A stretch of 64,000 bases of DNA. Source: Pavona decussata. Taxonomy: Eukaryota. This document shows, piece after piece, positions 13,413 through 27,056 of this stretch. Both the position numbers and the translations under genes were made by a program. Below the pieces are notes generated by a model, which did not search any database, was not told the origin of the DNA, and worked only from the letters and a program-made list of their open reading frames with translations. The stretch spans positions 310,001-374,000 of the forward strand of contig CDRNST010000126.1 in assembly GCA_977016875.1 (NCBI GenBank), given 5' to 3'. The stretch's first letter is position 1. Each line of letters begins with the position of its first letter.

Positions 13413-16400
13413 GTAGTCCATTTGCGTTGTCATTCAAGCGTTTTTTTTTCCTTAATTGACTGCGATTAGAGTAACAGCTGCGTGCATGCTTGTTTCCTTT
13501 GTTGTCCATCCCCGACCCAGGAGACCGTGCGGATCGAAAACTTTAACTCCAACAAAAAAATCATTAATAGACGATACATTGCTAAAGAATTAACTAGTTG
13601 GTCCCATAGCCAATTGTGTGGTTAGATTTCTGAAGTCCTAGCTAATTCTTGCTTTAAGAATTATTCCGTTCAGTCACGAATTCAGTCGACTAATGCCGCC
13701 GATATTGAATGTATGACCGCTGCCGCCAAATTATGGAAATAACAACGCTCTTTGAAGTGAAAAACAGGTGTTGGTTTAAGTTTGTTTTCAATGACGTAAG
13801 TTTGTGAAGACCAGCAGATATTCCAGTATTCTTTTAAGAGAGTTTTTTTTTGTATCTAAAGTGAAATCTCTAGTTGAATCTTATTTTGAATTTTGGTCGC
13901 GACAAACAGATTTAGGTCAGCTAGCTGCCCTCAATGTACGAGAAAATAAGATGGTTTGTGAATTGTTAGGGTTTCAGATCAAGCAGTTTTGATTACCTCT
14001 ATACAATTATCCTCAACATTTAACGTAGTAAGATAGCACGTCCGTTTGTCAGAGGAAGAAATAAGTGACAAGACTGTATCACAATAGATTAAGGATGTAG
14101 TTTATAAAGAAATCGTGTTTCTGCGTCGGTGGGGAATTAACAAAAACGAATGTTTGGTTTTATCATTTAAGTTGATAAGGTAAATTGTATATCGTGTAAC
14201 GCTTGCCCTTTCAAAGCCCTTCGTCAGAGTGCATCAAGGAATTATTGTTTGTGGTTTCTCATCTACGCTATTGGTGAAACCATGGTCACGTGACAAACAT
14301 CGAAGAATAAATTAGTGAATGTAAAGCTTTTGTTAATTCTCTGTGAATAAGAGTATCGATTTAAAGCATGAATTTTTGTTCTAAGTCTTTGTGTTTTTTT
14401 CAGAATGAAACTAAGGAAGATTTAGGAGTCGAGCGACTGGTTTGGATACTTCTTTGTCATTTCGTCAATTCAAACTCTCGCAGCTGTCCGCGCAAACGGT
14501 CATCTATTTTTCTCTCTTTTTCGCTAATCTATCTCTTTTCGTTTAAAGTGCTTGTTGTACAAAATATAACGAAAGTGGAGGTGCTTGCAACACTATCAAT
14601 GATTTAGAGATGGCTTGGATCCCGGCGATATTATCTGCGTTCAGTTGTGAATAACAGGACAAGTTTTCTACCGAGCGCGCACATTTAAAATTACTTAGCT
14701 ACTTATTTAGCCTCCCACACAGTCGTTTTTAGGGGAAGAGGTAATACGAGTTCCCTAAAAACGACTGCGTGGGAAGCTACTACTCATTTGGAAAACCTGT
14801 AAATTTAATTTACCACACCGACTCATTTAGGCAAAATGATGCAAGGCAACTTCGTTTCGTAGTCAAAATTGTTTTAGATTTAATACTACATCCATATTTT
14901 TCTATTTCTCGTGCTAGCTGGAATTTCAAACAAAACTGGTCTAATTAAGCATAGTGAACCAGGCTTACTTGTTTTCATTCACCTAAGGGTGAGAGTGACA
15001 TAGGGCTAAGACCCAATTTACACCGAACGTCGCATAGGCCGGTTCGAATATAATTCAAACTGCAAAAAATCTGGCAGAAATCGCCGTTAATCTGCCCATT
15101 CATAAAACAAACAGCAGATGCGATTTTAATTATGAAACTTGAGTTATTTTAGACGCGCGCGTAGTATGCTATATTACAAATTCAATTTAAGTCAGCTAAA
15201 TGGAAGTCAATAGAAATTGCATTCAGACAGCAACGGTCCACCTCCGTACGTGAATGACTTAAATTACAATCAAAGTTAGTGGTAAAGTCCTAAATAGAAC
15301 AAGACTATGATATCGCATTTTTTCATCGTAGACTAATTCAGGTCGTATTTAGATCGAGGGAACGCGACCCACGAAGTCGGTCTGTTGTTAGCCCTGGCGC
15401 AGCTGAATACAGCTTAACATGCATTAGTTAATTATCGTATTTTTCTTCAGGGGCCGAGTTAATTAATCCGTGTCGAATTCCTATATTTTTTTAAATGAAA
15501 CTAATGTTTGAATTCCTGAATATTTGGCAGGTAGTAACGGTAGTCAAGATAGAGGCAAGTATTTGTATACTATAAACTTAACTTAATACATTACGAGAAA
15601 CGCTGATAATTAACCTAAGGAGAGTAAAATATGTTAATTCAAACCCGTTCAAAATTAATATATACTCTTTAGAGGTCACTAATAAATTCCATCAACATAA
15701 AAGATGTTAAGGGAATTTTGAATTAAAAGAGACGCACTAAAATAACTTTAATTATGAGATCATAAGATATATACCAACGGATATTGTTTTGAGAACAACA
15801 CCGCAAATTTGCTTTGAATAATTTATATCGTAAACTAAAAGATTCGTCGAAACGCCGGTGTAAAGGTTCTGAGGCCAAGAATTATACTTAAACTGTTAGA
15901 TTAAAAAGGAAGTTGGAAAAATGAAGGTTCTTCTCGAGTTTTAAGGAAACAGGTGGAACTGAATGTGAAGATCACCTGCTCTGTAGTGAACTCAAACCCG
16001 GCAGGAATTAAAGTACTGTTTGAGCACTAAAGGTCCGCTATCAGCTAATAGTCAAAGATGAGGTATCACTGGGCGTCCGTTTTTCATTTTCATAACAAAT
16101 ACATTCATTTTGTGTTGTTAAGTTAGTCTTTTTTTTTTTTTTTGTTCAATACAGAAGACGTTTCTTTATTTGATTTAAGATAAATGAAATACAAGTGAAA
16201 GCCTTTTCATTATTTGCATCGTAGAGTTTGACCTCGGAAATAACCAATTCCAACTCGTTTTAGTTAAATTTGAGTTCTTTATTCTGAGGCCAGTCTCAAG
16301 TTCATCTGCAAGCTACAGAGAAGGTAATAAAATCGCGTTGTTAAATTTTCATTTTTGTTGCAGTCTATTCATAACGGTTCTCTGCACTACACGACCTGTC

Positions 16401-16490
16401 AATTGTTCCCGAGTCAACAGAAGAGAAAACTGTAGACAAGCTTATCGAAAAATAGCCAATGGACGCACGCCAATACAACTTCACGGAGCG

Positions 16491-16679
16491 TTTTATTAAA
16501 GAAATAAAAAACGCGCCGAGTGCATTGTTGAGTTATATAAGCACGAGAGAAGTGCAGAGAGGCACGAGCCGTAGCTTAGGCGAGTGCCTCTCTGCACTTC
16601 TGCTTCGTGCATTGTGGAGTTAAACAGAACTCAGTTTGACCAATCACAGTGCTTGCTTGACCCTGGCTATTTTATAAAA
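16491..16679 (+). mobile_element. Internally deleted non-autonomous hairpin element (Crypton-like layout)
   Basis: Hairpin gaagtgcagagaggcac-GA-GCC-GTA-G(cttag)GC-GA-gtgcctctctgcacttc, then CCAAT box, end ctattttataaaa. Confidence 0.5.
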
Positions 16680-18175
16680 TATTATCAATGAAAAATATAA
16701 AAAGTTGACGCGCCTCAGTGTTTATCGATTTTAGATCACGTGACTCCCTCCCCCTCCCACCTCCCCACCGAGCATTGTTTCTTTGGTTTTCGCTTAACAC
16801 GTTAGATGACCCATTGATGTGGAGATGATGCAAAAAAAATTAAAATTAAAATTAAAGATACATGAAAACTTGAAATTATAAGTGGTTTTATTTTTCGAAA
16901 TATAAGTGGTTATATTTTTATTTTTAGAAAACGTGTTTGTTTGCATCGCGTGTGGCTTATTCCTATTTGGGTGCGCGATAAAACAATGGGGAATTCCAAC
17001 GTAAGCACGCACGTCGTTGACTAATTTTCCAACAATTCTGGAACATTTTCAGCCTCGTAGGTGGCAAAAATCTGTAGGCTGGTAAACAACTCGAGAATCG
17101 TGGAGTTTTGTCACGTTACCCTCACTAAAATGTCATATTCGACGGTGTTCAGCTATATTGCGATGAAACAAATGTGGTTTTCAGATGGTTACTCAGTACC
17201 AGCACGCATTACACTAAGAAAATGTGTGTTCTAGTCTCAAGGTGCTTTATTTAATTTTTACAACTGTTTCTGTTAAAACTGTTTCGATCAAGCCGTTTGA
17301 AGAATTTTAATATTCTGCTTCTCAAACCGGCACGAATTCAGAAAATATGGCAGTGTGTAGAAGCACGTGCAGTACGATGCGATCGCTGTATGAAAATTTG
17401 TAGGAAGGCGTCGAATCTAATTTACAAGCAATTTAGTCTTTTGAAAGTGTAAATTCCTTTGTCGATAATCGTTGATGGATTTTTTCAAACTGCGCTAGTA
17501 TTACAGGTGTTGCGGGGATGCATTGTTTGCCACGTTAGCTTTTGGCACGTAGTCTTTTAGTTTGGAAAGATCATCCACTTTACGGTTAACTAAAGCGATG
17601 ATAATTGGTTACAGTTATATATACGCCTTAACTATAGTTAACTATAGTAAGGAGAAGTCATGGAAAGTATGGAAAATTAGATCTTTTCATGAACATGATA
17701 GAATTGTTGACTCAATCTGTCTACTTGCACCTTGTATCAGACCGCCCTGTTGATATTCTTGACCGCATATTTTAAAGATCAAACAGGTTAATATTTTGCC
17801 ATGGAAAGATTTATTTTATAGTGCAAAAATTTCAGGATTTCCAAATTTATAGATTTTGTCCCCTACGTTCTTGAAAAGTCGTGTGGAATTTTGGGTCGGC
17901 ACACACGAGAGACGCCGCCGGTCCCAGGGAGTTGTCCTATCGTGTGAACCGGTACGGTTTGAATTAAAGGAAACAAAAACTTTCTGACCTTAAAGCTTTG
18001 TTAAATAAAGCTTTATTGTTGCTGTATGAACTAGTGGTCACTCCACCCATTCTTTCATCCCTCCTCTGCCACCAAGTTCTTACGGAGGTCTGGGACCTCT
18101 AATTCCTAACCTCGTGCCCAGGGCCATCTCCGTTTTCAAGATGGTGGCTGTGAATGATTAGGCAGATTTTTCGCA

Positions 18176-21100
18176 ATGTTGGGTTTCTGGGAGCTGTGTT
18201 TTCTGTTGTTTCTGTTACTGCTTGTTGTGAGGATTTACTTTTCCGACTGTGATGCAGTGCTCCACTTCTACGAAAGGTTTGCGAAGAAACCGGAACCACG
18301 ACTGCGAGGGAAAATCGTTTGGATAACTGGAGCGTCGAGCGGAATAGGGGAACATTTGGCATACAGACTGACTCAGTGTGGCTGCAAACTTGTGCTGTCT
18401 GCAAGGAGGAAAGATGAATTGGAGAGAGTGAAAGCTCAGTGTATCAGTATGTATGAAATGCTTGTCAAGATTTCCGGCGCACAGCCCCTTACATTAATTT
18501 AATGTATGCATTCTCTGACTCGAACTCTTAGGTCCCGTTTATGTGAAGAAAATTTGTCCCTGGTAGAAGGGACACTCGCTTACCCAAGCTTACCCCTGGG
18601 CGAGCCAACTTTTCCAAGATTTCCTTACAAAACTTGGCGAACCGTTTACATGAGAAACAAAAGGTTGTCTCGGCTAGAAGGGTGACCTGCCTTAAAAGCC
18701 GGGTCACCCTTTTTCAATGGTAGGGTCACCCTCCAAGCCGAGCCATTTTTTCTCCATATAAACACTTTGGCTCGCCCAGCCGGGTCAACTCCATCAAGGC
18801 GAGACAATCAGAGCATGCGCAATTGCTGTTGTCATTGGGAAAGATAAATGGTGTCAAGACTGAAGTCTAGCCCATCTGGCTTGGTAAAGAAGTGGTCTTG
18901 GAGCCGTTCTCTAGTGGAGTCAATTATTGACTGCCACTTGAAGGAATATAATAATAATAATAATCAATTTATATAGCGCTTTTTTATATAATATTCAAAA
19001 GCGCTTACAATATAAAAACGAAAAATTTAGTCGAAATCAATAAAATATAAAATTTAAGAGTAATCAATCAAACAAAAAGTAAGAAATAAAATAAACAAAG
19101 TAAAGAATAATCAGATGTCATATCCTTTTTTAAACAAAAATGTCTTTAAGTGTTTAAGTTCTTGGCGGTCCTTAAATTGCCAGAGGAAGCTTATTCCACT
19201 TGGATGGACCAGCAAAAGCGAATGCTCGATCACAAAAAGTCTTACATTTGGTTCGAGGCACCTCTAACAAAGTGAGGTCATTAGATCTCAAAGAGCTTCT
19301 GATTGATGCCTTTTCCCTGATGAGATAACAGATATAAAGTGGAGCGATACCATTTAACGCTTTGAAAACATGCAAGTAGTAATATTTTGAATACATAAAA
19401 GCCTCTGTGAGTTCAATGCCACCGATTTCAACGCCGACAAAGTGAAATTATATGAACAGGTTCGGCAAATGAATTGGCTGCAAAATATAAAAGCGCTTTG
19501 GACCAGTCGAGAAAACAGTCCTAGAGAAACCTGTGAAGGAAATGTCGAAAGAAAAATATAAGGCAGGCCTATAAAACAAACCATGATAAAGAAGCAGAAA
19601 TGATCAGCCAGCTCTTCGCTCAAGCAAAGGGGTCAACTTTTTTCTCATATAAACGCTTGCTGAAGTGGACTCGACTGGGAGGTTGACCCTCTTCCCTGGG
19701 ACAACTTTTCTCCATGTAAATGGGGCCTTACAACGACAACAACAACTTTATTTTCTTAATTTTTAACTGTTTACAATTGGACTGCCCCGCAGGTAGCTAG
19801 TGCTTTTCTTGCCGGGCCTGTCTACATACTCTCGTATGACAGTTGTACATGTGTTGTTAATGTATGGGGCAGTGCGGAAATATTTTCAATCGTTGTAGAT
19901 AAACAAACTTACAGTAGATTGAAGGCGGCCAAGCTGCCCCAAATCATTGGTAACTGGACTTACTAATTCCCACATTCTCCATTTCTCTTGAATGTGTTTT
20001 CCCAGTAAGTAAGTAAGTAAGTAAGTTTATTAACTTGACTAAACACTTAGTTAACCAGCTACTTTACAGGAATAGTCACAAAATAAAATAGTAATAATAA
20101 TAATAAAAGGAAAAAGTAATGAAAATGATAAATGAAAATACTGAAAAAGATGTGAAAGATACTATTTACAATGTTTCTAAGATTATTGAATATATAGTAT
20201 AAAATTGTATAAAATGCTTTAAAATATATCAGCATTTGATAACAACATGTAGCGGCCGGCCAAATCCGTATCTAATATCTGTTTCTTGAACAGTTTGTAA
20301 GAGTCCGCTTTTTGGTATTCATTCGGTAGTTTATTCCACAGGTTGGCTCCTTCGTATCTGAGTGATTTAAGTCCGTACTTAGTCGTATTTACTTTTGGTA
20401 ATGTCAAGATTTTGTCTCCTCGAAGATTCTAATTACTTTCTCTTAGTTCCACTAGATCGCATAGTGATTCTGCCACGCCCTGCCCAGTATTCACTTTGAA
20501 GGGCATTGATGGTAGCCTTTACAAGACTTGTTAGAAAGTGTGTTGTAGAAATTTAACTCAAGTGTGACAATGTGCAATCGAATTACCACAGTGTACATAT
20601 AGCCATGCAATAGATCAGGCTTTCCACATTACCAACATTTACTCTTGTGGAATCAGTCATCAATTGTCAATAACAATCAATGACAATTTTAAAGATGTTT
20701 TGATGAGTGAGTTTTGATTTAATTGATTGGCTGAATTAATTGAATTAGGATTAATCAATTGATTATTATTGATTATGATATTGATTAGAAATCAATAATA
20801 ATCATTAACAATGATACTGCCAGACTTATGAGCTATGCAGCTTAATTCACAAGATTGCTGCACAGTCTTATATATAGTAGATTATGCTGGCATTTTTCAC
20901 CTCATAGGTGATTTTTTTTATACACTCTTTTTTTTAAAAGAACTAATTTGGGGCTGAGGCTGAACGTTCTTATTTTTTAATTATTATTATTTTTTTGGCA
21001 ATTTGAGCCTGAAAATGTTCTTAACATGTTCTTAAAGTTGTGTGGTATAGTATTTCAATAAATCAATGCGGACGTCACCAGGAAACCTTAAATCAAAGTG

Positions 21101-24100
21101 CATTGTTTACTGTGATGTGGTATCAAGTTGCTTGTCACATGGTTGTGTAGCTTGCTTTGATGCCGTCAGACTACAAACTGAGTTGTTCTTCAGTGTATCA
21201 TGCAATAAGAAAACCACATTGTTAATGTTAAAAAACGGCCTTAAGTATTTAGTAATACATACATATATACTTTATTCATCCCCAGAGAGCTTTTCAGAGT
21301 AAAGGTATTTGAGTCAATTGTCCTCTCAGACTACAGTTTTACATTTCTTTTACTTTTATTTATACTTCTCACACACAAAAAAATGAGCAAAATAAAGATT
21401 CTTAATTAAAAACTGACTCTAAGCCTGGGTATGTTCTTAGTATGTTCTTAAAATTTTGGTTAATCTCAGCCTCAATGTTCTACAAAAAAGTTCTTATAAG
21501 AAAAAAAGAGTGTACAGTGAACCATGAGAGTGGTGCATATATAATAATATATAGTGTGAATTATCTTATGTATTGCATTATTTTCTCTAGATTTGACAAG
21601 TAAAATTTCTCCATTAACCTTTGAGGAAGACTTTCTTGTTCTTCCGCTGGATGTTACTGATTTCTCAATCCACGAGGACTGCGTAGACACAGTTATTCAA
21701 CACTTTGGCAAGGTAGAAAGAATTTTCAACAAAAACAGAGATGTTAATTTTAGTTGAATGGCTGGGGAACTAACCATAAATACACTTTTAATTAACCACC
21801 ACTAATAATATTCATAATTACAAAATTGCACTAGCCCTATAACTAACAAGATTAATTTCTTACTTACAATATATAAAATGCATTTTACATAAATTACAAA
21901 CAAAAAGAAAAACCACTTCCTTTACAAGATTGTGTAATAATGAATAGACTGAGTGGGGAGGAAACCCCAGGAGGCCCAAAGGCTTGTATAATGAGGTTGT
22001 CAATGATATGATTTTAAGATCACCACCACCTTACAATTTTCTCGGGTCCTCCCCAATAATGTTCCCCTCAGTAGCTTAGACTCTCTACCCAGATTGTGCT
22101 TACTGTTGAAACCAAGAAGGTAGGATTTCAATCGAAGCATTTGAGTCTTGAAAATCCCACAGAAAAAAAAAGGGGACCGTGAACAGTCTATGGTTTATGG
22201 AATGTACCATTGCAAGTCATCTCTGTGGCTACAAGTTGCTTGAAGATGGTCATACCACCCTTTGATACAGCAATTGAAAACTTTGTTGCATCACTGCAGT
22301 ACACCTCCGCCCAAAATTATACCCAGGCCACTGATCTCCTATAATTTAAAGAGACAGCCCTCAGGCTACTCACCCTTAGTTCTGCTGCTGGTTACCTGGA
22401 GTGTATATTGACAACTTTATTCATGAAATAAAATGTGATGGTATATTCTAAGCCTGGTGAATAAATGAGAATGATGTATTATTCAGTGAGTGACACAGGC
22501 ACATTTTCATCATTGACATTCAAATCCTAGCAGTACACAGGATGTTTGTCCCATAAATGAACAGTAGTTTAATGGCCCAACTCTCATGAGTCTCGTGTAG
22601 CTCAGTGGTAGAGCATCTGAACTAGTAATCGGAAGGTCTTAGGTTTGACTCCTGATAGGAGTACTCGGATTTTCTTTGTTACGAGTATGCCTGTGTCATA
22701 CTGAATAATACATTCTATTTACCATTTCACAGATTGATTTCCTAGTGAACAATGCAGGGTTAGCACAGCTTGGTTCTGCAGTACAGAGTAGCCTTGAAGT
22801 GGACCAGGCCATTATGAATGTAAACGTGCTGGGGACAATCTCATTAACTAAAGCTGTCCTTCCTCACATGATTCACAATAAACAAGGTCAAATCGTCGTC
22901 ATAAGTAGTGCATCAGGGAAAAGTGGTGAGTTCGAAATTAAATTTATGCTAACGTGCCTCTTTGTAATGTACAGTGTACATGTACGTGACTTTTTTAGAT
23001 TAAATGATCGAATCTCAATAGTTATACGCAGTTCACTGCACCGTGATAATTATATAATATTGCAATATTGTTTCTAGAATAAAAAGGAAAATTTGATTAT
23101 GGTTTTGATCATCATACCTTTTTGGTGTCTATTAACTGGTGACCACTCCTTTACTAATGTGATGTGCTACATGTAAACTTTGGAACTCTTTAAAAACTAT
23201 GTACAAATTATCAGCTTTAAGTCAGAGATGGAAGACTGGGCATCCAAGACGCACGTCTCAAGTTAAATTTCGCTTCTGCGATGCAAATTTTCTGCCTGTC
23301 ATCAACAAAATTTCATATGAGCCTAGTCTATGTCGTAGCTCCCACGAGCCTACTGTAGCTCATTGGTAGAGCATCCGAACTCTGATGTAGCAATCCAAAA
23401 GGTCATAAATGTAGGTTAACCTCCTGTTGGGAGAACTGAAATTTCCTTTTCTGAGTGTCCTCTGTCACTGACGAAAAAAAGGTCATTTTATTAAAGTGTC
23501 AAAGTATTTAGCGCAGATCAAATTGGAATTGATTTTTGAGGAGAGGGAAAACTGGAGTTTCCGCTGAGAAAAACCTCTCGAAGCAGGGACAAGAACCAAC
23601 AACAAATTCAACCCACATATGACGCCGAATCCGGGAATCGAACCCGAGCCACATTGGTGGGAGGCGAGTGCTCTCACCTTTGTGCCATCCCTGCTCCCCC
23701 AAAACTTCGTCTATCAAAATTTCACCAATGGTAAATCTTTGGTTACTCTGTGCATCCCTGACCATCCCAGATCATTAATTTTGAGCTGTTTTAAAAAAAA
23801 TACGCAGTGGCAAATTTAGTAGTGTGTAATGCGTCAGCTGGCAAGATGTTGCTCCACGTCCAAAAAATTGTTAGTTTTTTTTTTTTTTTTTTTTGCGATG
23901 TGTTTTTGGTTTCAAATTTTTCAGACCAGTTTGATTTTTGTTGCTTATAGTTCCGGCTTATAGAACGAATCTGAGTCAAAGGAAATTCAAAATTGAAGTG
24001 ATTTCAAACATCTCAGACTAGAAGCAAATACAGACCACAGCATGAAACTGAACTAAATTTTACTATTGATAATATCTTATTTTCTTCTAGCTGCTGGTCC

Positions 24101-27056
24101 AAATATGGCGTCATATACAGCTTCAAAACACGCTCTTCAGGTACATGTGTATAGATATTTAAGTGTACTCTCGAAAATATTTATGATCTTTAATAGTTTA
24201 AAATGGTTATCGTGACTGTTGCCAACATGGGTCATCCCTCGAAAAACATAAAGATCGAAATTCAGCGCTGCAAATGTCACAGAAGGAAAAGAACGAGAGA
24301 ATTCCGTGCATCGTCACCTTTCAAATACGTGACCATTCAGTCAAAAGGACCATTAAATGAAGATCCAAGGCGATCTATTAAAATCATTGATCCCTTAACA
24401 TGCAGCCCTGCAAATGCTATATATTGCATAGCATGCACTGTATTTAAAAGAAAAGGTATACATATACCGTACATTGGCGAAACGGTGAGTAGTCAAGGCG
24501 CCAATGTTTCCCGCGAACATCTGCGACACGTTGAGAGAAACTGAAAGGATACATCCATACCACTCGTTCTATGTTTAAGTCTTTCAGTTCATTCTTATAA
24601 ACCCTCGGTGATTTGTGGTCTTTCCCTACACTCTACATCAAGACTCTCCCAGGAGCTCTGTGTAGTTTTAGATCATCCAAGTAGTTTGCAGGTAAAAAGC
24701 TGGTGTTAGTTTGACTCTTATCAGGATTGAAACTCTGTGCCGTGAGGAGGGAAGCAGAGGGTTGGGGAGGTTTGGATTGTGGAGGGAGGAGGGGGAAGGA
24801 AGATACAATTATTCGTTATGGTATCATTTCTTGATGAAACTCCGAGGTCGTGACAATAGAGGAAATTACGACCAAAGTCTCACATCTATGACAATAAGCA
24901 ACGTCTGAAGAGCAGTGAGGCGAGCATGCCTCTTGATATTTAGGCTTTAATGGTTAACGATAAGTTAAGAATTTACACTAACCTTTTTTGCAGGGTTATT
25001 TCAAAACTTTACGCATGGAAGTTCACAATGATAACATCGGCGTCACCTTGGTTTGTCCTGGTTTGGTTTATTCAAACCTTCTGAAGAATGCACCTCGGGA
25101 AAACGTACAGGTATGGAGAAAACATACATACTTGAGTTATGCATTTGCCCTTGCAGGTAATTAGCGATGGCTAGGTTGCAGTTCTGCCACCTTAACATGA
25201 ATGCTCTCAGGTCCCTTAAGTGCCGTCTCTGTCTATAGGACACCTCACTCCGAATGTCTTGAAGTACTGCATGTAACTAATGATGCCCAGGTGTAAGTTA
25301 CTGCCTTGTAGAATTCACATGAACGACAATTGCGACAGTGGTCATTTTCAGTTTTCGTTAATTGACAAATATTAGAATTTAAATCCTTTTACCTTCATAA
25401 TGGATTCCGTCACTTCATCCTCTCTTGATTCCGTAAACTGTTTTATCTTAGTTGTGTTAAATATAACCGTTACCGCAATTTTTGAACCGGTAGAGCGGTA
25501 TCCAATTGAGTTTCGTAAAACGAAAACCAAAGTAATTTGTCTGGTCAATCACAAAAGACACAACTCGAAGCAAATAAAAGTAACCGGCGCCAAGCGCGGG
25601 AAAACGAGTGGGAGAAAGTCACGATTGGTTTTGGGTTTCATTGGTTGATAAAGTGGCGCCGAATTTTGCAAACCAATCACAGAGCCTAGTTAAACCAGAC
25701 TGAAGTAGATAAAATTTCTTTCGACGATTGAAAACCGCTCTCAAACAACGTCGCTCAATTGAAAAAATATTATGCGCGCATTCACCTAGTTTAATGGTCT
25801 TAGCTCCCACGAGTGTCCTGTAGCTCAGTGGAAGAGCATCCGAACTAGTAATCGGAAGGCCTTAGGTTCGACTCCTGATAGGAGCACTCGGAATTTCTTT
25901 TTCCGAGTTTGCCTGTGTCATTACTGAATAATACATCATTCTCATGAACTAATTAGCATCCAGCTGGGACCACGTTTAAACCAGTATTAGTTAAACTATT
26001 GCTCGACTGTTTGTTTGCAACGGGAAAAGTTTGAATCTCAAGCGCTGATATTACAAAAAGAAGTCTATAACTAAAGACTGAGGATTAGCGATATAGATAA
26101 GCTTATAAATTAGTGTCAGTGTTAATGAAGTACAGTACAGTCTAACGCGAGTATGGTTGATAAGTTTACATATAGGTGCCATCAGCTCCTCGTATCTATC
26201 AGTTAAACGAAATTAAATTTCCATGAATTCTAGAGCAGTTTTCAGTTAAGTGTCCGAGGTACTTCGTGTTTGCTTTGTTCTGCTTTACTGCGCTCTGTGA
26301 TTGGTTAATAGAACTCGTGTCACTTTCTCAACCTCGCGTGCGCTTTCCCCGCGTTTGGCTCCCAATTCTGATTGTTTCATTGCGCTGTTTGAGTCTGTTG
26401 TGATTGGCCAGAATAATAACTTTGGTTTTGGTTTTCAACCCCTTTATTGAAAATTACTTAAACACATGTGATTCACTCTATTTTACAGACGTATAGAGAT
26501 TTCACGTTCCCCCCAACGACCATTAAAACGGAAAGATGCGTGAACCTTATCACAATTGCTATGGTCAACTGTTTGGATGAAGTTTGGATTGCTACACCCA
26601 CAAGACTGTTTGACTTGTATCTCGGACAATATTTACCTTTGGTCAGAAATTGGTAAGATAGCTTTCAAGAATGCTCACACGCGGTTTCACAAAATTTCAC
26701 AACTCGATTGTTCAAGAGCCAAAATGTATGTACTGACTGTTCAATTTTATGGCCAAGTTTGCAGTAAAAGATAATTCTATTCGAGGGAAACTGATGATGA
26801 ATTCTTGGTCCGTCCTGAAATGATGTCTTAATGAGGTGTTGTTTTAGGAACGCGGATAAATTTTGGTGGCGCCGCATCTCATTCATGACGGAGAGCTGCA
26901 CTTGTTTACTCTTTGTGACTTTGTGCCATGTAAACCGCGTCGTAATGAGGTCCTTAACATTTCTTAGACGCAAGCCTCTGAAGCAAATTATTTTGTTCAA
27001 TGAATCTTGATTTTGTGACTTTCAGGTGGGTACAGTGGAAAAATAGGAACAAGTAG
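18176..27056 (+). CDS. DHRS7: Short-chain dehydrogenase/reductase DHRS7-like
   Basis: Phase-consistent exons 18176-18446, 21591-21712, 22733-22925, 24091-24140, 24994-25110, 26489-26652, 27026-27056. N-terminal hydrophobic anchor, VWITGASSGIGE, LVLSARR, LVNNAG, SYTASKHA (YxxxK), LVCPG, LDEVWI. Last exon may carry a 1-nt frameshift (alternative stop 27183). Confidence 0.9.
18530..19729. mobile_element. PIF/Harbinger-type non-autonomous element with nested insertions
   Basis: TIRs aggtcccgtttatgtgaagaaaatttgtccc / gggacaacttttctccatgtaaatggggcct, flanked by TTA-like triplets; interrupted at ~18835-19610. Confidence 0.65.
18948..19400 (-). mobile_element. LINE (L2/CR1 group) 3' fragment
   Basis: VFKALNGIAPLYI...LRSNDLTLLEVPRTKCKTFCDRAFAFAGPSKWNKLP, typical RT C-terminus, ending in an (ATT)n tail. 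Confidence 0.8.
20005..20480 (-). mobile_element. LINE (L2/CR1 group) 3' fragment with (ACTT)n tail
   Basis: LTLPKVNTTKYGLKSLRYEGANLWNKLP; aataaacttacttacttac tail. Confidence 0.8.
20921..21514. mobile_element. TIR element with TA target duplication
   Basis: tacactcttttttttta..aagaac ... gttcttataagaaaaaaagagtgta. Confidence 0.65.
22430..22715. repeat. tRNA-derived fold-back repeat
   Basis: Left arm gaatgatgtattattcagtgagtgacacaggca is the reverse complement of right arm tgcctgtgtcatactgaataatacattc; tRNA-like tagctcagtggtagagc...ggtttgactcc inside. Confidence 0.7.
23515..23700 (-). mobile_element. tRNA-head SINE with V-domain-like core
   Basis: ggggagcagggatggc...ggttcgattccc...ggtttttctcagcggaaactccagttttccctctcc. 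Confidence 0.75.
24340..24630 (+). mobile_element. Penelope-like element GIY-YIG endonuclease relic
   Basis: PRRSIKIIDPLTCSPANAIYCIACT...YIGET...REHLRHVERN. Confidence 0.75.
25491..25742. mobile_element. MITE (TAGAGCG..TTTTCAAT family; second copy 26231-26460)
   Basis: tagagcggtatccaattgag ... cgattgaaaaccgctct. Confidence 0.7.
25782..25946 (+). repeat. tRNA-derived fold-back repeat, best-preserved single arm
   Basis: tcctgtagctcagtggaagagcatccgaactagtaatcggaaggccttaggttcgactcctgataggagcactcgg. Confidence 0.75.

Noticed and set aside
14070-14400. Possible Penelope terminal repeat with a hammerhead core (minus strand CTGACGA...GAAA near 14210-14230)
   Set aside because: Stems around the core could not be formed; too degenerate to call a ribozyme.
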